From Zygophlyctis sp. KS116 (lineage: Eukaryota; Fungi; Chytridiomycota), in the NCBI GenBank assembly GCA_054661495.1, contig BAAFSQ010000106.1, forward strand, positions 1 to 30,360: a stretch of DNA of 30,360 nt. Direction: 5' to 3'. This document shows positions 1-13,413 of the stretch, one piece after another. How positions within the stretch are numbered: the stretch's first letter is position 1; the number at the start of each line of letters is the position of its first letter. The position numbers were made by a program, and so were the translations under genes. The notes below the pieces were generated by a model. It was not told the DNA's origin and made no database searches. It saw only the letters and a list, made by a program, of their open reading frames with translations.

Positions 1-124
1 CATGCAGTCTCAGATCATAAGAAAGTTTCTTTTTCGCCTTCTGAATATCATAATCTCTTAAACTAACAGGTAATCTTGGCTGAATTCTATATAATGTAAT
101 CGGAAATCTGGAAAAACGTTGCAT
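1..124 (-). CDS. 5' part of a putative Tse2-like ADP-ribosyltransferase-fold protein; runs off the window start
   Basis: Not in the ORF track. ATG at 124 gives an open frame to the window edge: MQRFSRFPITLYRIQPRLPVSLRDYDIQKAKKKLSYDLRLH. The FPxxLYRI...LRDY...SYDL pattern resembles my recollection of the N-terminus of fungal ADPRTs_Tse2-domain proteins. Only 41 codons are visible. Confidence 0.5.
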   Translation of the reverse strand, partial: MQRFSRFPITLYRIQPRLPVSLRDYDIQKAKKKLSYDLRLH

Positions 125-338
125 TAAGAGGGGAAGGCTGAAATATTATCCCGAACCACGAAAGCCTGAAAGAGTATCGTCCTACAACTTTTTCTTACTC
201 CAGCATTGACTTGAAAAAAATCTTCTACTTGATTAGAATAAAAATAAATTTGATGTTCAGATTGTCCCATTTTTGTCCAGAGCATGTCCAAATGAAATTC
301 AAAGGATTCAGCTGGAAAATTTTCAAACTTATTTAAAA

Positions 339-695
339 ATGGGAACTTATAATGACGCTCTATTATTCTATGGTATTGAGTTTACTTTTGAACAAGTCAA
401 GCACATGATAGATCTTGAAGAAGTCGCAGAGTGTGCAGAGGATATTGGATGCAACCATATGCGAAATCTATGGTCAGAATTCGGATTAGACTATACATGC
501 GCTTATGGGCCTGATAGTCCCGAGGAAAATTACTCATATATTATTGGAGAAAAAATTGAGGAAGATTTAACGCTGGAACAATTCATTAAAAAAATCGACA
601 AGGAGAAAATCATTGCTGATATTAAAAAAGACTGTGAAAGGTTCAAGCTGAAATACAAAAAGCCAAAGATTATATGTAGACCTCACGTAAGCTAA
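339..695 (+). CDS. hypothetical intronless protein, 118 aa, acidic core and basic C-terminus
   Basis: First ATG of the 273..695 ORF is at 339 in an AAAAATG context: MGTYNDALLFYGIEF...ICRPHVS. No family recognised. Confidence 0.6.
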   Translation: MGTYNDALLFYGIEFTFEQVKHMIDLEEVAECAEDIGCNHMRNLWSEFGLDYTCAYGPDSPEENYSYIIGEKIEEDLTLEQFIKKIDKEKIIADIKKDCERFKLKYKKPKIICRPHVS

Positions 696-891
696 GTCTT
701 TGATAATAAAAAATTTTAAAAAATCCAAGTTTCGTTTCTGAAAAAACATGAATTTCCTATCCAAGATCAAGGACATCCCTGTTCAGAGAGATCACATTTA
801 ATGATTATCGTATATAGTAATTCAAACTATATCCAATTGAGCAGAATATGCACATTGCTTAGGTCCGAGTCAAGGTCAACGTTAAAAAAAG

Positions 892-2393
<1,502 letters not shown>

Positions 2394-2581
2394 TTTTTAA
2401 TGCCTCAATATATTTTTTAATTGCGACTTTTTATTTTAATTTTCCAATCGTCAACCGTATGCAAAATCACTGACACAGAATGAGAGAAGATCTCAAACCA
2501 GGAGAAACACGTGATTATTTGGGACAGACACGTTCACCATTTTAAAAAAAACTGTCCTCCTAAATAGAAGCAAAACACAAT

Positions 2582-2653
2582 CGACCGCGGTGAGGTTCGA
2601 ACTCACGATCTCCCGATTAGGAGTCGGACGGATTACCGCTTTCCTACGCAGCC
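2582..2653 (-). tRNA. tRNA-Arg, anticodon CCT, intronless
   Basis: Reverse complement GGCTGCGTAGGAAAGCGGTAATCCGTCCGACTCCTAATCGGGAGATCGTGAGTTCGAACCTCACCGCGGTCG folds as a cloverleaf: acceptor GGCTGCG/CGCGGTC, anticodon arm TCCGA-CTCCTAA-TCGGG, T arm GTGAG-TTCGAAC-CTCAC. No encoded CCA; a TTTT Pol III terminator follows. Confidence 0.93.
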
Positions 2654-2970
2654 AATTTTTTTTTGAAAAAAGCGACTTTAACTTAATCCGTATATTACAA
2701 TTGCAATTAAAGAATTGGACATATCAATAAAATAATTGAAAGTAAATCAACAATTGGCATGATTTTCATCATAAAATCTAGGAATAATCACAAAAGACTA
2801 ATAAGCTGCGTGAAAGATAACCTTCCCAAAGCTGTACTATCATGGCTGTAGGAATGTAAAAGAGTAAAAACGAGTACAATATAATAATATTACAAGATTA
2901 ATAATCTGCAGAAATCATAAAGAGTTGAGAGTTTCAAGATCCTTGTACTAAAACAGATCAGCAAATTCGA

Positions 2971-3982
2971 ATGGGGAAAACAAGGAAACCAGATCCTCCT
3001 GGAGTCAATCAGACAGCAATGAGAAATGCAGAGAGATTTTATAAAAAAACTAATGATTTTGAGATTCAAGACAAATCAATTGTCCTGGAAAAGATTAAAA
3101 TTGATCATGATGCATTCAATGACAATCTATATATTTCATATTATGAAGAGTTTCCAGGAATATTCTTAATCAAGAATGCAATCAAGACTATTCATCAAAA
3201 ATCTATTATAATGGACTGTTTAAGAGAAGCAAAGGCCCCAAATGTTACTAATTTAGATACACATTATGAAATTCCTAAAGAAGGAATATGGGATGTTTTT
3301 GTTTGTGATTCAAATCGTTTATTAAATCTTCGACCGGGAAATGATTTACCTGTCCTAGAAAATGATGGGCGTAAAATTGATCCTCCAACATCTTCTAGAC
3401 CGTTTCTTTCATCTCTAACGTCAAAAGAAGGCTTAAGAAGGCTTAGATGGGCCTCACTGGGTGTTCAATGTATATAAATAATTTCAAGTTTATAATTTAG
3501 ATCACTGGGCTACAAAAGAGTATCATTTTGATAGATCCCCACCCATGCCAGTATTTTGGAAAAATATTACTTTTGCAGTCGCTGTTGCAATAGAAAAGTT
3601 TACCAACTATCCTAGTTCTAAATGGGATGCTCAAGGTGGAATTATTAATTATTACTCTTTAAAAGATTCTTTAACAGCACATCAAGATAGATCAGAAAAA
3701 AATTCAAATGCACCATTAATGTCTTTTAGTCTTGGTAATTCTGCAATTTTCCTTATGGGATCAAAATCTTTAGAAACTTTACCACTCCCAATACTTTTAA
3801 AATCAGGAGATTTGATCATTCTTTCTGGTGAATCTAGATTAAATTATCATTCTCTTCCTAGAGTAATTTCAAACACATGTCCGTTACAATTTCAAGACAC
3901 TAAAGTTCAAGACTACATGTCTGAAACCAGAATCAATGTAAACATCAGACAGGTATACACTGCTGGGAATGATTTGGTTTAA
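2971..3982 (+). CDS. ALKBH1: AlkB-family Fe(II)/2-oxoglutarate dioxygenase, ALKBH1/Abh1-like, about 326 aa
   Basis: LRWASLGVQYHW across a 31-nt intron (3470-3500), IINYY, HQD (HxD), YHSLPRV and RINVNIRQV (RxNxxxR) motifs. Confidence 0.88.
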
Positions 3983-4102
3983 AAATATATTTAAATTTTT
4001 AGTAGTAATCTAAATGTAGAAAGGTAACGACGGCCATTAAAGAACCTAGTCACGGTCTGTCAAATCCTTTACTTTTCTGTTTGTTGAAAAAAGAGATGAA
4101 TA

Positions 4103-7100
4103 ATGTCACAGGCACTAAGAAAACTAAGAAATTCTCCAAAAGACAAACATTCCCAACTGTTACTAGAAATTCAAGAATTTATTCAAGCAGAGACCAATGA
4201 TTTACAGGAATTTTTACAAGAATGTTTAAAGATCGGACTATTTGATTTATTAAAGTATATTTACATAATCTTATAAGAGGACATCTCCTGCTAGAGAGGA
4301 TGTGATCAGGACGATTAGATTGATTGCAATTTCTTTTCGTGGCGGACCCACGCCAGTTTTTAAGCTCATGTTCTCTCTATTCTCAAAGAATAAGGAAATG
4401 AATATAGGACTATTGGATACATTCTTAGCTATTCTAGAACCTACTAATATAGGTCCTGTCATATATCAAGGTTTTATTCTTGGATTCATGGATGATTTTT
4501 TGCAATTTTTAAGATCCGGAATGTTACGTTATAACTCTCAAAGGTGTATAGAAATTCTTCAACTTGTTTTTGAATGTTATCCGCAAGTATTTGATGAATA
4601 TTTTTGTGTAATTTTTACATTTTTGATTTTTAAAGGAAATGTATCAAGTACTGTTATCAAAATATGTTTTAAATGAAGATGATTCTTTAGTCAAATTTGA
4701 TGGTATTTTTGAATTTTCTAATGATAGAATTCTTGAAAAAGGTTGGGCAAGTTTTAAAGTTTCATTATTCTGAAATACTTCATCTTCAATTTACTTATTT
4801 CAAGCAATTTATGTCTCTCAAGACTGTTAAGAAAAAAGTAAACAAGGCAGAACGTTTATTAAGAGTTAATTTAATTTTCCTACATATTATGATGGATTGT
4901 AATTCAAAGCCTCACGATTTAATCGTGGATTTATATGAAAAATTACACAAGAATATTACAAGGAATTCTCAGTCTTTAGATGCGTCAAAATGGATTACTA
5001 TGATGCTTGAATCGTTTTACGTAAAAACAGATTGCATTCCATATCATCAAGGTTATATATATGAAGAGTTTCTACTAGCTGCTTCAAAATGCTGTTGGAT
5101 GGATGGATTTCCACTTGAAACATTTATTTTCACACTTGAACATGTAAATCATAATCTTTTTTAAATTATAGGCATTAGACTTTCACTCTCTTTCTGATAA
5201 TTCTTATTTTGAACTGATTGATTCTTTGTACCAGATTGCGGAAAATGTACAGCATCAGTCTATTTCTTGTCAAAAATCTTATTTTAGAACAATTATGTAT
5301 CGTCAAACATTTTCATCAATTAAAGCTCTGGCTCACTCTATTTGCACAAAAACCAGCCTGAATTGTGAGATATTTAAAATCAAGACAAGAATGATCTATT
5401 CTTTTTCAAAGACAGTAAAAGAAGAACAAGTTTTGGAGCTTTTTGACGTAATCATTACTTTTTTTCTTCAATTGATTGGCTCAGAAGATGTCTTTTATGC
5501 ACAAGATATAAGGCTAGAAGCCATTCAAAATATTGAAAAATTCCTGGAATCGTATACTTTTTAATTGTAATTTTAGATATGAAATCTTGCTAGGTTCTCC
5601 TCGGATTTTAGAAAAAATGGTTTCTGCGATTGAATTGCTATCGGGATCACCTTTTATTGATCAATTTATATCAAGCATATTTTGGCTTAGGAAATTGTTT
5701 AATTCGCCTCAATTATCCAAACATATCTCCAAAATAGGCCATAAGATTCTTATTGAGTCAGGTAATATGAAATATATGAATTTTATAGATTCGCACTTTA
5801 ATTGTCATCAAACCAACGTATTGGCGGCTGAATTATGCATAGAAATGATCGAAAATATCCCAAAGGAGTTTTTATCAAATTTTGGGGAGCAAAGCATTCA
5901 AATTATTTCTGATAGGATCAACGATTTCGATCCTCTGGTATCAGAGATATATCGGCAGCTATATTTAATGCTAGAATTTCATAAGTTTGCTAGGGCTCCC
6001 GACAAGAATTTGGTATTTTTTAATTTTTAATTTTTAGCTTTCCTATTGCTCAGAAATCCCATCAAAGCTGAGTGATTACCAGTTTCGATTACTGGCAATT
6101 TATTTTGGAATCGCTCCTCGAGACTTTCTAATGGAAGACGACTATTTTCTAAATAACACAAAAATAGGCACCGATTGCAATGAATGGATTGAATCTTTAC
6201 TCTATGTATCACAGTCTTTACCGAGTAAACGCCTGGTTTTATCATATGCCGTTTTAAATAGCCGAACCAAAGTTCTAAGAATGTTAAGTTGGTGTTTTGC
6301 TTACCATTGTTTTCAACCAGAATACAAGGAAATTTTTGGAAACGATAACGGAGTAAAAGCCTTGATTCTAATTATAGATGGTCCGTTTATTTATGAAAAC
6401 TCTTGAAATGTTCAAAACGTCCATCGACATATTTGCCGAAAGGTAATAATCCTATACATATTTAATTACTAATAGTCCATTACCAATTCTACATCGTTTA
6501 AACGATTTTATTGTTTTTCTTGATATATGGATGGATATTTTTTATCCAAAATTGAAATCTAAAGGACCTCAATTCAATTCACTTTTCTCATTGATTATTG
6601 ATGGTTCAAGTATTTGTGGATTGCCTGAGATTGCCACTAAATATGCTTTATATTATGTACAAAGTGAAAATTTATCAAAAAAACTATTGTTAAATGCATG
6701 TAATTTTATTAAATAACGTCAAAGTGTCAAGCTGTATACAATTAGGTGATGTGACCTTGGCTTTGAACTTTGGGGAATATTTTACCAAATCATGGATAGA
6801 AATTGGAATGCTTATAATCAAAGTACTATCTCGCATATTAATTTTAAGGGCAATTACGAGTTAGCCATTGAATACTTGAATGTGCTATTTCTAGATCAAG
6901 AAAAAGATCATCTGGATGCAGAATTTACGCTTTTTTGGGTAAAGCTGTTCATATTGATTAAATATAGATGTCATACTCTTATTACCGTTTAAGAGACAAA
7001 CAATCTCTGCTGACTCTGATTCGTAAATCTCCAGATAATTTGATTGGTAGATGCTGTGTCAATTTTGAAGATTCGCTAAAAAAAGCAATATCTGTTTTTG

Positions 7101-10100
7101 GGCTCTTGGATACGTTTACTATTAGTCAATTTATAAGATTTCTTGAATTAGAAACAGCAATGATTTTTGATAAAGCTTTTAACTGGAAGAGTCTCTATAA
7201 TCAAACGGGCATCAAGTGGACAACGGAAAATGAACTTACGTTGAACTTAAAATTGGACTGTAAAAGTCTCTTTGAGACGAGAAACTTCGATCATGCAGAG
7301 GAAAGCATTAACCTAATCTGTGACAAGGATGAAAGTGCATTTTGGACATGGATTCTACGGAATAATGATCCGAGTTACCAATTTGCAGTTGAACTCTCTA
7401 AGGAATTACAATCAGTTGATCTACCATTGCTGATTACTAATCTAAGCAATGTACTAGCCGTTTGCGATTGTGATGATCTATATATAAATACTTTGGAAAT
7501 GATATTAACATCTGTTGAAAAATTTGGATTGTTCAAAATAGCCTCTCTTAAACATTTCAATCGTGCTTTCGATATGTTTCAGGCAATAAGGCATAAAAGG
7601 GCGCCAGTAATTCAAATTGATAAGTGCTTTGAAGGAGTCCCTGTAAGTTTACTACTCATTGATATTTTAGATTTTTGACTGTTTAATTCAAAAGAGTGGG
7701 TTTTTTCGTTTTTGTAGTATTTCACAAATTGAAGCGCATATACGTGGCTGTATTATCGACGAAACCGAAAGAATTCGTGCTATTCAATTAGTTAGCGATT
7801 TTCAAATGCATTTTTGCTTTCATTTATCCAAAAGCTGCGCATATTTAGTGAAAATGAACCAAGCAAAAATCCCTATCGACGAAATGGAAACTATTGGCGC
7901 ATTATTTTCTCTTCTGACCGTGTTTTCTAGCGGTATACCTAAAGACTTTTGGCATTCGAAGTTAAACATCAGCTCCTCTACTTTAATCGACTTTACACCA
8001 CAACTACATAGTATGATCGTATCGAGAGATCAAGGATTGGTTCGATTCGCTACTGATCAGCTGATTAAGCTGGCTCGATCTGATGGATACTCTTACGTAA
8101 AACTCGAAATTTGTGCCGAGTGGTATTTTGCATGTGATAATGAGCTGAAAATAGACTATTGTCTTGTTCTGAAGGAAACCTGCGAACCAAAGGAAATACA
8201 GGCAATGACTCTTTTCATAGAAGGCTTATCAAGGATTTCTGTTTCTTGGGCTGAAAGATGGTGTAATGAATTACAAAAACAATATTATTTTATCTCCAAA
8301 CTATTTAGAAAGCTTCGCCCAAATCTACAACGACTGATTCAGACAGATTTTGTTCAGTTGGAGAAAAATTTAGTTCTGGAAAACATTTTTAATGACTTTA
8401 TTGAACCTGTTGTTCACGAACTCAAAAGATTGCTTTCGCTCACCGAAGGTGACGCACCCACGACACCATATGGAATAGAATTTTTACATGTTTACGGAGA
8501 AAGGATTAGTGGGGTAATAAGTGATTTAAAGGGCCCAATATGTGATATAAAGGATCTAGATAAAAAGAGAGACTCTTTAAAATGCGTAAGTATTTTTTTA
8601 ATTTTTACTGGTAGTTAATCGAAGAACTTTTGAGCGATTTAAATAACAAGAAATCCAGTTCTATAGCGGATATGGCACCCTCAATGTTAAATATCTTACC
8701 TGGAGTTATACCTATTCCGGGTTTAAAGGGTCATGAAACTATAGCATCTATAGGTGGAACAGTTGATGTTCTAGCTTCCAAAAATAGACCAAAAAAAATA
8801 AGTCTCATCTCTAATAATGGATTAAAATATACTTATTTAGTAAAGGGCGGGGATGACGATCTTCACTTAGACCAGCGCATCCAGCAATTTATTGGACTTT
8901 GCAATAAGCTTTTAAGCTCGAATCTTGATTCCCCTTATGGTTATAAGTCATATTACATCTTGCCTCTTGGAGTTAAATTCGGCTTAATTCAATGGATGGA
9001 AAACTGCCCTTCTTTATATCATATATGTTTGCTGGACAGTGAAAACCATCAAAATCCTCATCGTGTATATGAAAAGAAGATGGCCGAATTAGGAGTTTCT
9101 TTACAAACAACAAATAGATCAGAAATTCCAAGGGAAACTTTTTTATTAGCTCTTGAAGAGCTAGAAGAAGAATTTGAGGTTAAAGATGTTATTCATAAGG
9201 AATTTATATCGGTAGAATCACATTCATACCCAAGACAAAGACAATTCTGTGAAACTGTTGCAATATCAAGCGTGATCGGTTATATTTTAGGACTTGGAGA
9301 CCGTCACTTACAAAATATTTTAATCGACAAATCTACCTGCGGGGTTGTACATATTGATTTTGGAATATGTTTTGAAAAAGGCAGAAGGTTGAAAGTACCC
9401 GAGGTCGTTCCATTTAGGCTGACCAAAGTATTAGAAGATGGACTGGCTCCGTATTGTAGTCAAAAAAGCTTTGCTCATCTTTGTGTGCAATCCATTAAAG
9501 GTATTCGTTCTTATGCTCGATGGTTGTTCGATATATTTCAATTATCCTTCAAACTCTATCCGATAGCTGAATGGATTGATAACAAACGTATGTCTATAGC
9601 CAGAATATCACAGGAAGCTAGATTACAATTGCAGCTTCTTAAAATCCAGCTAGGTATTATTAAACATAAATTTTTATTTCACAGTTATTATCGAAGATTT
9701 CGTATCTAATCTAATTTCAAGTGTAGAAGATATGGCACATAATCGTAAAACTTCGACGAATTCTGCAAACATTTGGAATATTGATACGATTCTTAAAGAA
9801 ATAGATAAGGAAAGCTCCCGGGACCTTATCGCAAAACTTCATGATCGCTTGCTCAAGGAATTGGGGGGCTTGCTAAGAATATGCAGTGTATTAGTCAATT
9901 GCCCTTTATTATCCAAGTTATTTATCGATAAGATAGATATTATGTTAAAAACTATCAGAAAGTTAACTGAAACATTACAAGACTTGCATAATAAAGAAAA
10001 ACACTTATTGGAAACATATTTATCGGGGCTAAAAAATATTAAGACGGCTATAGCTACAGTGAAGAAAATGGCTTTCAATGATGATGACCTAGTAGGATCG

Positions 10101-10385
10101 GCTGGTTCTGAATCAATTGCTCAACTTTGCGATATCTCTATCAAGACCGAAGGAGACCAAGAGGAAGACGATTTAAATGGTGAATCAAAAAATCAAGAAA
10201 TTGAAGAATTTAATTTATCAGATGACTGTTTAACTTTCTCCAATAGAGCGATTGGGCGATTTGAATGGCGTTTGTTTGGTTTGGGGAACCAAGACAGTGA
10301 AGATGAAATTATAGAATTAATTTGTAAAGCTAGGGATCGCGAGAGGCTGGCGAAAATGTATGAAGGGTGGATGCCTTGGATTTGA
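4103..10385 (+). CDS. SMG1: SMG1-type phosphatidylinositol 3-kinase-related kinase, 15 exons, about 1966 aa
   Basis: Fourteen GT-AG introns of 25-33 nt join all ORF fragments in frame (5901 nt spliced). Kinase motifs RPKKI, YLVKG...DLHLDQRIQQF and LGDRHLQNILID...HIDFGICFEKGRRLKVPEVVPFRLT. An insertion of about 250 aa precedes the FATC end [12 protein letters not shown]. The DLHLD, CFEKG and YEGW signatures match SMG1 better than TOR, ATM or ATR. Confidence 0.82.
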
Positions 10386-13354
10386 TTATCTTATCCACTA
10401 ACAACTTTGAATCCTTCCAAAAAATCTGATTATGCTGTTTTAGCTGTTTATGAATACTGGTCGCTGAATCTACGACTGGCTGAGGAAGACCTGAACTTGA
10501 AATTTTCAAAACTTACCGGCATTTTTAGCAACTTCAATGCCGTGCGATTCCTCCATATATCCTCTCTGAATCTTGTAAAGACACGCCAAATTTCCAAATC
10601 TATCATGGCTAATGGTAGTTTGATAACACTCCAAATGCTGCAAACGATTTGGATCGACTGATTTTTGCCCGCAAACTATCTTGGCTAGTTCACTAACTAT
10701 AAATTATTAATCTTACTGATAATGAGTAGCAAATATTCCTCTACATTGATTTGTATCATGTAAATAATTCATAATAGACATAGCTATCGACAGCCCATCT
10801 AGCACCGATGTTCCACGGCCAACCTCGTCCAAAATGACCTAAATTTAACGATTACTAATTTACAAAACTTTTGTCGGTGGCTTCATTCAATATAGTTGCA
10901 GCTTCAGACATTTCAACCATGAAAGTTGACTGATTAGCCGCCAAATCGTCTGATGCGCCAACTCGACAGAATATTCGGTCTACAACTATCACGATTTTAA
11001 TCAACACGGAACTTACTACCAATCACTGCACTTTCTGCGGGCACAAATGACCCAATCTGCGAAAGAATTATCATGGTGGCACTAAATTTTCACAAAATGA
11101 GATTCCTACCATTGGCGCAGAAATGTGCTTTTTCCACCCATATTTGCGCCCGTCAATAACCAGAGCCTGTCAGATCCACAAATTTTTGCATCATTTTTAA
11201 CATACATATTACTTCGCTCTCTTTGGGTGAGCTCTACAACAGGATGACGACCTCCTTTAATTTGGTAAACTTTATCATCGGTGACTTTCGGGCGTACATA
11301 ATTTTGTTCTTTGGCTAAAGTTGCCAATGCAACCGATACATCTATTTCGGCCAAGCTTTTAGACGCCTTAATTATTTCAAAGGTGCTTTCCTTAATTTCA
11401 TCGCATGCTTCTTGAAGAATATGATTTTGCTCTTTAATAATATCATCCTCATTCTTTTGTATTTTATCAAAAAGATCTGTCCACTTAAGGCACGAGCATC
11501 TCAAACTTGATGCGTTTCTTTGATTGTCAAGAATTCTGATATCAGTACGAGATTGTAGCATATCGTAAATGACTTTTTTGCTATTTGTTTTCAGCCGTGG
11601 GAATTCCAGAACAGGCCCATACTTTAAATCAATCCCTAAAGAGAACTCTTCTGTAAGCAAAGATTTGGCTAGCTCTTGTTTAAGAATATCTTTGCTGACA
11701 ATTAATTGATCCTTATTCATTCTTAATTCATCCAGTTTGAGAGAAACTCCATCACGTATAAATCCACGGTCTGTGTCATCCAATCCATCAATAAATAAAA
11801 TATTAGAAAGCTTCAGTAGCTGAGAAAAAGATCCAAGATTATTAATTTCTAAAATTAATGAATTTCGGACATTGCTATTTTCTACCAAAGTATTTAGTTT
11901 TGTAATAAGTAATAACGAGATCTGCGAAACTATTTCTAGCGATGTGACAATATTTAAGAAATCATTCAACCCGCTTGAATTATAATGAAGACGAAGTAAG
12001 CATCGTTCAATATCCTTGACAGATGAAAGTAATTTTCGAATCTGATTACTTAAATTAAGGTCATCAGTAAATAATTCCACAAGATCTAATCTACGATCTA
12101 TTTCCTTAATGATCATAGATGGAGCTTCTATAATTCAATAATTATGTAATTTACTTAAACGAGAGGCTAATAAACGCCCCCCAGCAGCTGTTAACGTTTT
12201 ATCGATTGTGTTTATTAAGCTCCCCTAAATCGCTTAAATAATTGAACAACTCACTTTTTTTAACATATCCTTGCTAGTCTTAATTATTTCCAATGCCTGC
12301 AATGCAGTAGCATCTAAAACCATATGATTCTCGTGTTTCAATTCCGGTATTCTAAATATTGGTTTTTGACAAGGAAAAATGTGTGAAATATACGTTAAAA
12401 GGGCCGATCCAGCAATTAATTCAACTTTAGAAAATGACTGAGTAATATCTGTTGATATCTGTGCCTTAATCAGCTTTTTGGGATCATCCCTTAAAAGCAA
12501 GTCCATCAAACGACTCGATGAACCGACAAAATAATTATTTGGCTTATAAGATACAGAAAAAGTTTTGTTGGCTCCAAATAAAGTTGCCATTTCAGAATTT
12601 TGATCTAACAAGACTCTAAAACTTTCGGGAACAATAATCTCTTTTGGCTGAATCCTAATGATTTCTGAAGCCAACTTATTGACCTAAAAATCAATAAAGT
12701 AAAATTACTTTAGTTTCCGATAAGTAAAATTCACCAGTAGAAATATCCACCCAGGCTAACCCAATCCGAGAGGCCTTCAAGTCCGTGTCAGATCTAATGT
12801 CCGAAACCTCTATACATAACAAGAAATTGTTCTCAGCAGCTTCAAAATCATCATCTGCTAATAAAGTTCCTGGTGTTATTATCCTAGTAACATTTCGGAC
12901 AAACAATTTAGTTTTTGACGACATATCTTTTCCGGTTTGATCAGCTATTGCAACCGTGATATTATTTCGCATGAGTAATTCAATATATTCCTTTGCTTTT
13001 GACAATGGAAAGCCAGCAAATTTAATGACTTCATTTCTAAATTTCTTCTTTGCAATTCTCAAATTGAGCAGATGAGCAATTTCATTAAAATCATGAGTAT
13101 TAGAGGCAGCTTCGTAAATCTCATAAAAGCTACCAACCTGAACCAGAACTAGATGATCTAATGATTAAGTTATATTTGATACCGGGGTGCAAACTCGAGA
13201 GACTTTGTATTTCTTTAATTAATGGAGTCGCAAACTTTGTGTCTTTTGGAGGCTCAAGCGGTTTAATAGGACTTTTCAAGTCTATTTGCAGAACTTGCAC
13301 TAGATTAGAATTACAGCGAAAATGTCTGAAAAATCGCAAACTGCTGCAAATCAT
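10330..13354 (-). CDS. MSH1: mitochondrial MutS homolog, 10 exons, about 927 aa
   Basis: Transit-like N-terminus [14 protein letters not shown]. Motifs [31 protein letters not shown], Walker [38 protein letters not shown] and [13 protein letters not shown]. Nine introns of 24-31 nt. The last exon reads to TAG at 10330-10332. Confidence 0.9.
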
Positions 13355-13413
13355 TTCCAAAAGTCTAGGTTTCTCAACAGATCTTATTAAATCTATTGAA
13401 TCTAGTGGATAAA

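Noticed and set aside
2700-2920. Hydrophobic minus-strand peptide fragments next to the tRNA, possibly a decayed membrane-protein gene
   Set aside because: T-rich sequence translates as hydrophobic by chance, and no coherent frame or splice model could be built.
7695-7717. Possible 22-nt intron gtgggttttttcgtttttgtag in SMG1
   Set aside because: The frame is already open through it and removing it would shift the frame.
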